Below, piece by piece: positions 51,187-63,438 of a DNA stretch of 64,000 bases. Below the pieces are notes generated by a model. The model had not been told where the DNA came from. It ran no database searches and saw only the letters and a list, made by a program, of their open reading frames with translations. The first letter of the stretch is position 1. Each line of letters begins with the position of its first letter. The stretch is from Chiloscyllium plagiosum (Eukaryota), in NCBI RefSeq assembly GCF_004010195.1, contig NC_057725.1, positions 71,833,004 through 71,897,003 on the forward strand. The letters are read 5' to 3'. The translations under genes were made by a program, and so were the position numbers.

Positions 51187-52429
51187 TGCTTCCAATTAAA
51201 CCTGTTGGACTATAACCTGGTGTTGTGTGATTTTTAACTTTGTACACCCCAGCATTGGCATCTCCAAATCATGACTGCCTAGAAATAGTCGTTTCGTTGG
51301 AAGTTATTGCAGTGGAGGAGAATTCAGCATAGTAACAACCTCTTGATTGGCTATTGCGTATTTCGCTACAGCATTGCATGTGAACAACATAACAATAATC
51401 ATCCAATTTGCAGAGCGAAAACATTATCTTGCACCCTCACCAATAACATCCCTTGTACAGTTTGAAATTGGTGATAAGGCCAAAAGTCAACGACGTCAAC
51501 AACCTCTGCTGCACTGACATGTGTTAACTGAATATATTTGTTTAATGACCATGATTAATATCAGTCTCCATGGATCCAAACGTCTCACTGAAGGGTTGCA
51601 CTCTCATATTAATAAGGGACTACTATTGATATACTTTTGCATTGCATCAGCAGGAGTATCACGTCTGACACGAAAAAGGGATAAAGGGCTCCAGAGAGAG
51701 AGAGAGAGAGACAGACAGAGAGAGATCAGAATCTGAGACAAATATATTGGAATATTCGAATGATGATTCAGAAACTGGGAGCAATAGACTTGAATGTTAC
51801 AATGACGGATGAGTATCTGAGTACATTCGACTTGAAAATAACAGCAATGAACAGGAGTCTATCCATGGGCATTTACCTTCTTTCTCAGGATTCAACATTA
51901 TTTTCATGGCGGATCAAAGCCGTGCTGATGATTATACAGGCGGGTTACTATCCTATCCTGGCTATTGTTGGTGTTCCTGGTAAGTCTTTTGTTCCTGTCC
52001 AATTACTAATTTATGAACTATGATTAATTTTATTGCTATTTCTGTTGTCTACATTTTGCAATGACAGAAATTATTATCTTCACATTCAATCACAAACTCC
52101 ATTGCTTATCAGCAAATTTTGTACATCTCACTCACAAATTTCTGAAAGAAACAAAACTGTTCAGAGTCAAAGGATAAAAATTGGAATTAAAAGCTAATTT
52201 ATTAATAGTCATCACGAATCAATCAATATTTTTTGGTATATTAAGAATAGATTGTCAATTGTTTTCAATAAATAAATGTTTCCCCACCAACCCTCTCCCC
52301 CGTTAATGACGAATTGCTCTGAATTATTGTTTAAATGAAGTTGTCCACCTGACTGAATGGGAACGGTGGAATGTGCATATGCCGGGCATAATGTTGCAGG
52401 TTACATTTGAAATCAAGTTTATTGCTGCC

Positions 52430-53509
52430 AATTGTCCTCTACATCCTCACACAAAATCCACAACACTGACTGCCTCGGTCAACCTTTTGTCTCCATCTAC
52501 TCCTACTCCACCCGTTTGGTCCAGGATCTCCCCACATACATTCAGGACACAACCCGCACCTTCCAACTCCTCCATGACTTTCGTTTCGCCACCCCCAATG
52601 TCTCATCTTCACCGTGGGCAACCAGTCATTATGCATGTCCATCCGACATTGCAAAGGCCTCCGAGCCCTCCGCTTCTACCTCTTCTGCTCACCATACAGT
52701 ACCTTTACACTACCACACTCATCCGATTGGCAGAAATGATCCTCTTTCTCAATATCTTCTATTTTGAATCGTCCCACTTCCGTCAGATGAAAGGGGTAGT
52801 TATAGCCACACGCATGGGTCCCAGCTATCCCTGCCTCTATATTAGCTACCTGGCACTATCCATCTTGCTCATTTATATGGCATCATTCCTCACCTTTTCC
52901 TCCACTACATTGATGACTGTATCAACTCCACCTCGTGCTCCCATGAGGAGATGGAACAGTTTATCACCTTCATGACAACGTTCACGCTGACCTTAAGTTC
53001 ACCTTGAAAATCTAGGACGCCTCTCACCCCTTCCTAGAATTCTCTGTCTCCACCTCTGTCGACCAGATGAACACAGGTGTCTGTTTCAACCCCATCGACT
53101 CCCACAGCTTACCTTGACTACACCTTCATCGTCCACCTCGTGACCCTTCAACTACATGGCATCAATGTCGATTTCACTAGTTTCCAAATCTCCCCCGCTA
53201 CCACATTCCACATCCAATACACCAACTCAGTACCTCCCTCTTGACATCTCCTACATGTCCATCTTTCTTCTCACCGACCTATCACAATTACTGGTGAGCT
53301 GCATCCACCTATCACCTACCCATCTACCTTTCGATAAGCCCCACCCTCCGATTTATCTCTCAGCCCCCTTTCCTTTTCACATTCCTAATGAAGGGCTTAT
53401 GCCCAAAACATCGACTCTCCTGTTCCTCAGATGCTGCCTGCCTGACCTGCTGTGTTTTTCCACTGCCACACATTTCGATTCTGACATTTCAGTATCTACC
53501 GCCTTCACT
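52430..53509 (+). mobile_element. Penelope-like element (family A): RT fragment joined to 3' terminal repeat
   Basis: KIHNTDCLGQPFVS (cf. PKIHK...RPIVS), YIQDTT, QMKGVVIATRMGPSY and HYIDD-like motif. Decayed hammerhead at 53383-53414. The tail is interrupted by a solo LTR. Confidence 0.85.
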
Positions 53510-54090
53510 TGAAGATTTAGAATTCCTGGGCGGACCCCTCGGTCTCGACAGCGGTCGAAAGAGTCACTAGGAGTACGGTCTGTTTAAAGCAAGGTTACCA
53601 GTTTAATAAATTAAGGAAGTCAGGCACAGATTTGTCCAACAACACAAAGGTTAATGGCTTCTGTGTTCCGTGGAGAAATGGCGCAATTACATTTGAAAAT
53701 TACACATTATTTATAATGTTTTTAAAAGACAGCACTGCCTTAATTACAAGAAAAGACCAATCGAATGTAATAAAGTGACATGATTTAAAGCAGGGTAATC
53801 CAATGACATTTCTTGAGAAGCAGACCGTTCCATGCACAAAATCATCCCATGTTTGCTAGTTCAAGGTTAGATTGAATAACAAATCACTGCCTTATGACTC
53901 ATATTATGAAAACTCTTATCTCGAAATACAACCGACTCAGCAAAGCATCAGTTCAAGTTTCAGTGTCAAAGAAAAATCTAAAGCCATTTTGTTATGTTAT
54001 TTTAAATTGAAAAGCTGTTTTGTGGTGAATAAAAATCTACACATATTTGTTGCTTCTGATAACAGCCTAAATTCAAATTTTAGATCTTCA
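53510..54090 (-). mobile_element. Solo LTR (TGAAGAT...ATCTTCA), same family as 25238-25885
   Basis: 7-bp perfect terminal inverted repeat and 4-bp flanks CACT/CATT within the PLE tail. Shared blocks TTGAAAATTACACAT, TTAATTACAAGAAA.GACCAATC and CCTAAATTCAAATTTTAG. Confidence 0.8.
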
Positions 54091-55299
54091 CATTTTCTGC
54101 TAAAATGTCGATGGTAAAAGCTAAAAATGTGACATCCCACAAACTCTAACACTTGGAAGCTCCAACCACAGGAAACACATGCAAAAATACCATCGACCAG
54201 TTGTTCGATACACCACATGACGTCCTTATTACAGAATTTATTGACAAATCCTTCACTGTTACTGGGTGAATAATGTTAACCTTTCGCTAGCCCCAATTGT
54301 TTATGCTTTTACTGTACCGCTGCAGTATTTCATGAAATAGGCTCACCACACTCTCTCCACGTCAAATATAGTCGATAATCAATGGCGTCCCCGAACATGT
54401 AAATCGATTATGATTGACTACATTGAACAACGTTGGCACCATATGTCATAAAAAATTATAAATAATGTGTAATTTTATTCAAAGATAGTACAATCCGATC
54501 AAATCTCACTGTCTAGTTATTAAATATAGCAGGACATGGTCTATACAGTTATATAATTGTGATTTTTTTCTGTGATGTTCGAAAATATTCATTTGTGGAT
54601 ATCTTTTCTCTCTGTGTTACTCTCTAATCATGGTGCTTCTCTTAGTAATATCAATGGTGTATAACTTACAAAGTTGATTGATAATGAATTGGTATTGATT
54701 TTGCTTCATTTTATAATGTATCCCAAAGGATGTTTGATATTTGAAAGGGCATTTCTTGAGGCTTGACAAATCCTCTTGAAACTTTTTTATGCCTACCTGC
54801 CAAATGAGTCTATTAACCACATGTAGCTGAATGTATTCAATAATTGGAAGAAACACAAGTATTCACATTCAAAAGGACTTCACATGAGAATGAAAACGAC
54901 AAGGCTTTTGATTGTTTTCTGAAATTGGAAAGTTAATGGAGTTACTGTAAAGTGGTTGAATGAACTATGCATTTTCCCTGTAACATGTCTGGTGGACTAA
55001 GTTATCGCACTATTCTTGGTAACAGGATGAATGAGCTGAAAGCGCTTTCTCTTGCCACTTTACTTCCTCAGTTTGGGGAAAACACATTTGATCATCCACT
55101 AGCCACTTCCATTTAGGATTGTGTATGCTTAAACAAAATTATATCTGTTTCTGATAAACGCTATTGACCTTGATCGAACTTGTTCAAACTGTTGTGCCAC
55201 GATTAATCCTTCATTCCATAAATTGGTGAACTGAGCTTCTTCTGACCTGCTTCCACAACAATTATTTAGTTTTCAGGTAAGGTGATGAAAACTGAATAA

Positions 55300-55880
55300 T
55301 ACATGGAAGATCTTGTTCTGGCTGTACAGGACATTGATTCGGCCACTTTTGGACTATTGCATGCAATTCGGGTCTCTTTCCTATTGGAAGGATGTTGTGA
55401 AACTTGAAAGGGTTCTGAAAAGATTTACAAGGATGTTGCAAGGGTTGGAGGATTTGAGTTATAGGGGGAGGTTAAATAGGCTGGGCTATTTCCCTAGAGT
55501 GTCAGAGGCTGAGGTTTTTATAGAGGTTTTTAAAATCACGAGAGGCATGGATAGAAAAATAGGTATTTTCTCTGGGGTAGGGGATTCCAGAACTAGAGAC
55601 CATAGGTTTAGGGTGAGACGGGAAAAATATAAAAGAGACCTATGGGTCAACGTTTTCACGCAGAGGATGGTGTGTTTGTGGAATGAGCTGTCAGAGGACG
55701 TGGTGGAGGCCAGTATCATTGCAAGAGTTAAAAGAGATCTGGATGACTATATGAATAGGAAGGGTTTGGAGTGTTATGGGCCGGGTGCTGGCAGGTGGGA
55801 ATAGATTAGGTTGCAATATTTGGTCGGCATTGGCAAGTTGGACCAAAACAAGGTTTCCATGTTGTACATCTCTGACTCGA
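55300..55880 (+). mobile_element. CR1 LINE 3' fragment
   Basis: ORF 55313-55804 reads LYRTLIRPLLDYC..KRFTRML.GLEDLSY..FTQRMV..WN, followed by a 3' UTR ending GTACATCTCTGACTC. Confidence 0.92.
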
Positions 55881-57194
55881 TAAAGCTTGTACACAAAATA
55901 TAATCTGTCACTACATTTGTACTTGATTAATCTCACAATAAACAACAGCATACCAAGATTAATTCCCTTCATGTGTACTAGGCTCTAGATACTGCATGGC
56001 TTCTTATTATTGCAACAGGCTTTTCTTTTTTTAAAATTCATTTAAGGAATGTCTGCTTCGAAAACAAGGCCAGCATGTAATTCATATTCCTGATTAGTCT
56101 TCTGAATGCTGTGATGATCTGTTGTTTTGCAGGCAGCAGTCCGTGTTATAGAATTACATACTATGTTTGTAATCCAGAATAAGTGAAGGAACAGGAATAC
56201 AGTTCTAAATCAGGATGGCCCACGTTTTGGAGGTGAAAATTATATGTTTTGGAATTGTCTAATGCCATTATTCTTCTGGGAATAACATGCAGATTCATCC
56301 TGTACTTATTAAAAAATGGGTCCTGTGCCTATAGGTGTCAGAAAAAAAACAATACTTGTAGTTTGATGAAAGTCAAGTGAATTGCTTTGCTCTGGATAGA
56401 ATCGAGCTTCTTGGACGTTGTTGAATCTGCACCCATCCAGGCAAGTGATCCCAATTCAACAAAAACAACATAGACTGGTTGGATCGAAGGGTCTGTTTGC
56501 ACTCTGTATACTCTATGACTATAAACGTCTGAGCTTTGTCTTGCAATAATGGACAGGTTTTAGGACTGCATGGGGTGAGTTACTTGTTGCTGAAACATTA
56601 GTTGCTCACCTAATCTGTGTCCATGGAATTTTTATGGGTGGTCTAACTGAGATATACATTAACTGATGTTGTATGATAGTGTTTTAGATACAGCATGTAA
56701 TACTGTTACAGAGTACTGTAAATGATGACTGTGCATAAATAAAGTTTTGAGACTTTCCTACTCACAAAAAAACCTAGAGAAAACAGACTCTAACTTAAGC
56801 TGTGTGATCCAAGTTGCTTCTTCCAACAATGTAACAGTAAAATTCGAAGCTTTCATGTGTTTAAGTACCATAAATCTGAATGTTAGTGTTTCTAATAAAT
56901 AGTTTAATGCAAAAGCTAAAAACTGAAGACAATACTTGTGTTTGCATCGTACTCCATCCACCGTTACGCAAGCGTAAAAGACTCTTGGAGTGGTTTCTCA
57001 TTATACATAACAGAGTTCTGAGTTAATAAACGCTGGCACTGGCATGGAGCACACCAGGTTTGATACTTGTTGGCACAACCTCATACTATGCAGCTTTTGT
57101 TTTAGCAGAGATGGAACTATGTCAGTAATAGAGGATTCACTGTAACGCAATTATCAGTGAGCATCCCCATTTTGAACTTCTGATGGAAGGTTTT

Positions 57195-57832
57195 TTTTAT
57201 GGACCAGATAAAACCGGACATGCTCAAATTGTTTTAAGAATGAACCCACATCCTACCTATTTTCTTATTTTCAGGTTGGGTATGGTGTGAGTATTCCAGA
57301 TGTGATGCAACTCAACAAACTATTCGACGTTGAGCAAATCATAATTTATTTAATCACGACAGTTAATGTACAAACAATAGAAATAAGAATCCAAACTAAT
57401 TGAATGAGTCGAAAACTTAACCGAATAATAGACATAGGACCTTACTAATTAACTGTTCCAATATATTAACATCATGTAACCACACCTCTTAGCAAAAACA
57501 GTAAATGTTGATACAGTGTCTTACATGCAGTTATCCGGCCAGGAGGAAACAATATCAGAGAAAGTAGCAGCTCGGAATAATGCACTGAAGCTCCAACTCT
57601 TCTGAAACTCCAAACAGCTTCTGACTGCCACAGCTAAAAGAAATTAGAAAGCCTGGTCTGTTAGAGATGGCCACTCTCTTTCCATTGTTTAAAACAAAAA
57701 AAGTAAAGGCCTCATAAATTGTTAACGCATGCAACCTCCCGAAGCCAGTTCAGCACCTCTGCCTTTACAACTTCTCTTCAAAAAAAAACGCGAGCATAAA
57801 TTTACCTTTTTTAAATTTACAGCACAGTTACA
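57195..57832. mobile_element. Probable solo LTR
   Basis: Start resembles 38024 (ATGGACCAG.TAAAACC) and it ends ..CAGTTACA. Boundaries uncertain. Confidence 0.35.
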
Positions 57833-58158
57833 CATTGATGAAACAGTTTAAAACTGCTGAATTGAGATTCAGTCAAATATAGCCTTCAAATTAAGACTAA
57901 TCAGTTTCAGGAGAAAGTGAGGTCTGCAGATGCTGGAGATCAGAGATGGAAATGTGTTGCTGGAAAAGCGCAGCAGGTCACTGGGTAAATGCTTTCCTAT
58001 CTGTAATAGGATCTTTTTCTCTGCCTGATTTTCGTTCACGGCCTGCCATATAGATGTTCCATGTTCCCGTTGAAACAGATATAGTAACCATACTAAAACA
58101 GTTCTTGGTGGTGGTGGAAAAGCCCAGGAGGTCAGACAGCATGCTAGGAGCAGGAACG

Positions 58159-58190
58159 TCGACGTTTCGAGCATAAGCTCTTCATCAGGA
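58159..58190 (-). ncRNA. Minimal type I hammerhead ribozyme motif (family A), intact, compensated stem II
   Basis: Minus strand TC-CTGATGA-A-GAGC ttat GCTC-GAAA-CGTC-GA. Stem II is GAGC/GCTC here versus GGGC/GCCC in other copies. Confidence 0.8.
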
Positions 58191-58610
58191 ATGAGAGGAT
58201 GGCCCGAGGGAGCTGAGAGATAAATGGGAGGGGGATGGTGTTGGGGTGAAGGTAGCTGGGAATGTGAGGGTGAAGGTGGCAAGTTGGAGAGGAGGGTGGA
58301 GCAGGCAGGTGCGAAGGAATATGGACAGCTCGGATCAATCAAGAAGGTGGCGCCAAGTTTGAAGGTTGGATCTGGGATACGGTGGAGGAAAGGGAAATGA
58401 GGACACTGGTGAAATCTACATTGATCCCATGTGGTTGGAGGGTCCCAAGGTGGATAATGAGACATTGCTCTCGGTGTGGTCTCCGATACATTGGGGAGAC
58501 ACAATGTTAACTTGTGTAAGATTTCAGAGAACATCTCTGGGACACATGCACTAAACAACCTCACCGCGTTGTGACCAAATAATTTAACTCCTCCTCCCAC
58601 TCCACCAAGG

Positions 58611-58885
58611 ACATGCAGGTCCTGGGTCTCCTCCACTATCAAACTCTAGCCACCGGATCCCTGGAAGAAGAACGCCTCATCTTCCACCTTGGGACCCTCC
58701 AACCACACTGGATAAATCTGGATTTCACCCATTTCCTCACTTCCCCTTCTCCCACCTACATGCAGGTCCTGGGTCTCCTCCACTATCAAACTCTAGCCAC
58801 CGGATCCCTGGAAGAAGAACGCCTCATCTTCCACCTTGGGATAAATCTGGATTTCACCCATTTCCTCACTTCCCCTTCTCCCACC
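58611..58885. repeat. 147-bp direct tandem duplication inside PLE
   Basis: ACATGCAGGTCCTGGGTCTCC starts at both 58611 and 58758. The second copy lacks ~21 bp. Confidence 0.9.
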
Positions 58886-60471
58886 TTCTCAGAGATCCAA
58901 ACTTGCAACTTGACACCACCTGCTTGAACTGTCTTACCTGTCCATCTTCCTTTCCACCCATCCACTGCACTCTCCTCTCAGATCTATCATCTTTACCTCC
59001 ATCTTCATCCATTTATTGCATTCCCAGCTACCTTCCCTCCAGTCACACCCCCTGTCCATTTCTCTGTCAAACCACTTTGGCCATGCCCTCTCATTCCTGA
59101 TGCAGAGCTAATGCTTGAAACTTCGACTCTCCTACTCCTTGGGTGCTGCCTGACCAACTGGTCTTTTCCAGCACCACACTGATCCACTCTGATCTCCAGC
59201 ATCTGCAGTCCTCACTTTCTCCTGGAGTGTACTAAAATAGCTTGCCAATGGGTGCCGCTGTTCGGGAGAACAAACCTTCAGTATTACGATTGGAATGTTG
59301 TCAGTAGCTATCGCTTTTGCAATATCCCGTTGTTTTTGATATCGTGAGTGAGTCAAATTAATTTATGTTATTCATAATCAACAGATGTTGTAAGACGATA
59401 AAGCTGTTTAAATGATTCTATACTTCAAACCTGAATTAAATCACTTGATGTCTTAAATGTGATTGAAAACGTTTGTTTTAATGCAGATAATCTTTTGATT
59501 CTTGAAAGAGACAGACCCTGTATATACCTCTAAGACACACATTGTCTTTTCTTTTACAAATATGTCTTTTCTTTATTGTTTATTTCAAGATGCAGCAAAG
59601 CTGTTTACAATTATCATTTTGTTGACAGAATGCTTTAGTCTACAATGAACCTCATAATTTTACATAGTTTCATATTTCAGTGTAATTGTACAGTGAATTT
59701 TTTGGTGATTATTAGGTGCACAAAAGATTTCCTGCCTTTAGAAGACTAAACCAAGAAACCCATGAATTTGTTTTCACGCTGAATGATGTTCTGTCACCTC
59801 TTTTATTGCAGATGTGGATTTGTATTCCTCTGAAAAACGTTTTCCAAAACCAATGCGTTAACATTCAACAATAATCCTTCTTGTTGTGTCTTCAATAAAA
59901 TTTTGTGAATGACCCCTCACGTTTCTAAAAAATCTTCACTGTATTATTCTGTTTATAAGTGTTTTCTCTGCTGTGCACAAGCCTTTAATCCTTATTTGGA
60001 AATGTTTGTTACTTATGCCGTATTCCCGTTTTCCATTGTGCAAAAGCATTTTGTTGGCCCTGCTCACAGCCTTGCTAATGCTCATTTTCAGTGGAAACCA
60101 TACTGCTTCCTCCCGCCTGCCAGCTCTCACTTCTAATGTCATTGACATTTTCTGCCTTGTTTGAGCTCAGAAATTTAAGCTCATGAAAAAACGTTGGCTT
60201 CTTTTTGCTCCAAGTCCAAATCCTGATGGGAGTCTATTCAATTAAATGCACACACACTGAAGTGCTGTGTGACTGAGATTATAAATCTATACACATTCAC
60301 ACAGGGCATCAGGCCATACAGGTTAATAATATCAAGTCTAAATTCTCCCCCCAGCCTTTCATATGTATCTTGTCTTCCCATGCATTTGCTGCTTTGCCTA
60401 ATCTGATAGGTCTGAGCACCCATCTCCAGTTCTGACTAGCATTTGACGATTGGCTTCTCATTAAGATCTCT

Positions 60472-61302
60472 TTAAGATGCTGGAAACCAGAGTTTAGTTC
60501 AGAGTGGTGCTGGAAAAGCACAGCATGTCATGCAGCATTCTAGGCGCAGGAAAATCGACGTTTTGGGCAAAAGCCCTTCATCAGGAATAGAGGCAGGAAA
60601 GGGGGGACGGGGGATTGGCAGGTTTGACAGTTCATGAGGACAGTGCTCAGCTGGAAGGTTGGAACTGAGGTAAGGTGCTGGGGAGGGGAGGGAAAATTAC
60701 AAAATCTTCCCATTTAGATGTACGTACATTGCAACAGTGTTTTTCTGACACCATTTAATGTTACTCAGCCATTAGTGATGGTGTCTAGATGAGAGTGGTG
60801 CTGGAAAAGAACATCAGATCAGGCAGCATCTGAGGAGCAGGAAAATCGGTGATTCGGGCAAAAGCCCTTCACCAGGAATAGATGCAGGGTGGAGAGATAA
60901 ATGCGAGGGTGTGGGGGTGGAAAGAAAGTAGCATAGAGTACAATAGGTGAATGGGGGTGGGGATGGAGGTGATAGATCAGGGAGGAGGGTGGGGGAAGGT
61001 AGCAAAGAGTACAATGGGTGAATGAGGTGGGGATGAAGGTGATAGGTCAGAGAGGAGGGTGAAGTGGATAGGTGGAAAGGAAGGTAGGCAGGTAGGACAG
61101 GTCATGAGGGCTGTGCTGAGCTGGAAGGTTTGAGCTGGGGTGAGGTGGGGTAAAGGGAAATGAGGAAACCTGTGAAATCCACATTGATGCCATGGCGTTG
61201 AAGTGTTCCGACGTGGAAGATGAGGCATTCTTCCTTCAGGCATTGGGTGGTGAGGGAGCGGCAGTGGAGGAGGCCCAGGACCTGCATGGCCTTGGCAGAG
61301 TG
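60472..61302 (-). mobile_element. Two adjacent PLE-A 3' fragments (~60472-60695 and ~60780-61302)
   Basis: Each has GTGGTGCTGGAAAAG..GGAAAATCG..GGGCAAAAGCCCTTCA.CAGGAAT, a hammerhead with core mutations (60555-60586 and ~60846-60877). The second extends into MQVLGLLH..EECLIFHVGTLQ.HGINVDF. Confidence 0.85.
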
Positions 61303-63109
61303 CATCTGGTATCGATGATTGAGTGTGAGCTGATTGAATGGTTCTGTTGCATATTTGAACTCCTTCCCCTCACTTCTTGCAGTTTTGTGGAGATTTTAAA
61401 GGGATGGCTGTTTCAGATTCAGAAAGGTCTATGTAATGGATATGTTAACGTGTGGGAATTGGAAAGCCGACAGCATGATTACCTGCCTGGGAGACAGCAT
61501 CTATGGCAAATACCGACAGTACCAGGATCAACTTGGTCTGGCTCCACTAATGCAATACATTTTATTTGTCCCTTATGCTTCTGCGTTTGAAGCTATTTGA
61601 GGAGTTCATGCTTCCTATCTTTTGAGTTTCATGGTTTCAAATAACCATCTAATTTGTTATTTCAAGTGCACGTATTTCAATAGATCACTGAATGCAGAAA
61701 CATACTTGATGTTGTCTGTAGATTTACATTAAAATTCATAATGTTTGGCCCATAATTCAATTGTTTGTTTTTACCTCATTCACAGTAAACATAGTGACGA
61801 TATACGTGCTGCTTTATAAAGATTGTGGATTGTCTCCATGTGTCAGACGTTACCTGGGAGCCATGGCATTGGCGGACCTACTGGTCGTTATCCTCGACCT
61901 GATACTGAGACACATTCCCATTGTTTATCCGGAACAGTTTTATTTTCTGGTGGACATTCCCGTGTGCAATATCCACGCTGTCCTGCTTTATGCAGCAACT
62001 GACTGTTCTGTCTGGTTCACTGTCACTTTCACCTTTGATCGGTTTGTGGCCATTTGTTGCCAGAAGCTGAAAAGTGCATACTGCAATAAGAAAGCAGCAA
62101 CTGTGGTTCTGGGAACAGTGACTGTGCTGAGCTGTTTAAAAAATATTTTCTGGTATTTTATGTTAAAGCGTCGCTATCAGCTGGGGAACATCCCCTGGTT
62201 TTGTAAATTTGCGTAGATTGTTCTCTACTGTCCAATGTAGATACCAGTCGAGTTCCTCCTCCATATTCTAACCGGAGCTCTCCCATTCCTCCTGATTCTG
62301 CTCCTCAATGATCTCACCGTCAGACAGAGCCTGCAGGAGACCCCGAGCCAATAGCACTGGGAATAGTTCCCATGATCCAGAAATGGAGAGTCGAATGAAA
62401 TCGATAATATTACTTTTGAATATCTCGTTAAATTTCATCCTGTTATGGTCGATGTTCATGATTAATGTTATATGGTACAGAATGAGGGAATTGGAATATA
62501 AGTATTTGCATCTGCATCCATTTGTAAAGGAATTAGGCTTCATGCTGCAGCTCCTGAGCTGCTGCACAAATATCGTGATTTATTTCATCCCACAGGAGAA
62601 GTTCAGAGAGCACTGGAAGAAAGTGCTGCAACATTCCTTCATTCAAGTTAATAAAATACATGATTTAGTTTATAATTTAATCGTGTTCCATGTTATGTGC
62701 GTGCATCAAAGTGCGACCTGAAGTAATGCATCGCCGTTAATCTCCACACATTATATACACGTAAATGTGGGCTGGGTCTCCTACTGCTGTCTTGACCAAC
62801 GAGTGCTAGGGTTCCCCACTGTTTTCCTTATTTGGGTTCTGGTGCCTGCGATTATTTTGTTACTCACTTGGCCAATCAGTGTTCGAGTTCCCCGTTCTTT
62901 CCTTATATGGATGATGTTGTACAACTGTGGTTAAGGGCGGTCTCTCAGCTATCGAGGAAAGCTGTTACAATTGTTTCATTCATAAAACATGGGGGAGGTC
63001 CGGCACCGGTTTCGAGTGTCTGCTTGTGTTTACTATAAGGCACTTGTGTTTACTATAAGGTAGAAAAGACTAAAATGCAGCTAACCATTTAAAAATTACA
63101 CTACCCCCT

Positions 63110-63385
63110 ACATGATGACGTCTGCTTCTACGAGGGGTATAAGTACAAATTGAGTGGTGACAGATTTAAGATAGATGTTAGAGACAGGTTCTTTATTCAG
63201 ACAGTGGTAAGGGCGTGGAATGCCCTACCTGCCAATGTTGTGAACTGAGTTACATTAGGGACATTTCAACAATCGTTGGATAAGCACATAGATGATGATG
63301 GGATAGTGTAGGGGGATGAGCTCAGAATAGTTCCCAGGTCGACGCAACTGTTCTGCTCTGTATTGTTTTATGATCCATGTTCTAC
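63110..63385 (+). mobile_element. CR1 3' fragment, same subfamily as 31730-32010
   Basis: TACAAATTGAG.GGTGA.AGATTT..TGGAATGCCCTACCTGC..GATAAGCACAT..GGGATAGTGTAGGGGGA..AGAATAGTTC.CAGGTCG.CGCAAC. Confidence 0.88.
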
Positions 63386-63394
63386 ATAGATACT

Positions 63395-63438
63395 CACTCT
63401 CTCTCTCTCTCACACTCACACACACACACACACACACG
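63395..63438. repeat. (CT)n(CA)n microsatellite
   Basis: Direct reading. Confidence 0.9.

Larger units (their letters stand above)
49640..51274 (+). mobile_element. Penelope-like retroelement (family B), 5'-truncated, with GIY-YIG endonuclease and inverted terminal repeat
   Basis: ORF 49968-50600 contains PC..RHCKT..YSCESADIFYLIRCRRGCPEAWYIGKT..MNGH..PVGEHFS..GH..EQRMIAKFGTHREGLN. 49640-50004 is an inverted copy of 50894-51237. TSD CTGCCTCGAAAT (49628-49639) / CTGCCTAGAAAT (51275-51286). Confidence 0.92.
57909..59223. mobile_element. Penelope-like element (family A) with inverted terminal repeats and GIY-YIG remnant
   Basis: Starts with the reverse tail AGGAGAAAGTGAGG.CTGCAGATGCTGGAGATC. 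The minus terminal repeat is at 58110-58455, then plus YIGETQ..RFQRT..FNS..MQVLGLL..EEERLIF.LGTLQP, ending CTCACTTTCTCCT at 59223. Confidence 0.85.
51760..62721 (+). pseudogene. GPR139/GPR142-like class A GPCR pseudogene 2 (exon 1 51760-51979, ~9.8-kb intron, exon 2 61786-62721)
   Basis: Exon 1 reads MMIQKL..NVT..NRS..YYPILAIVGVP|GTAAG. The acceptor is TTCACAG at 61785. Exon 2 reads NIVTIYVLLYKDCGLSPCVRRYLGAMALADLLV..AATDCSVWFTVTFTFDRFVAICCQKLK..PWFC, with TAG stops at 62214 and 62238, LPFLLILLLNDLTVR, a frameshifting deletion near 62325, then DPEMESRMKSIILL..LQLLSCCTN. The pairing of the two exons is inferred from matching splice phase and from gene 1. Confidence 0.88.
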
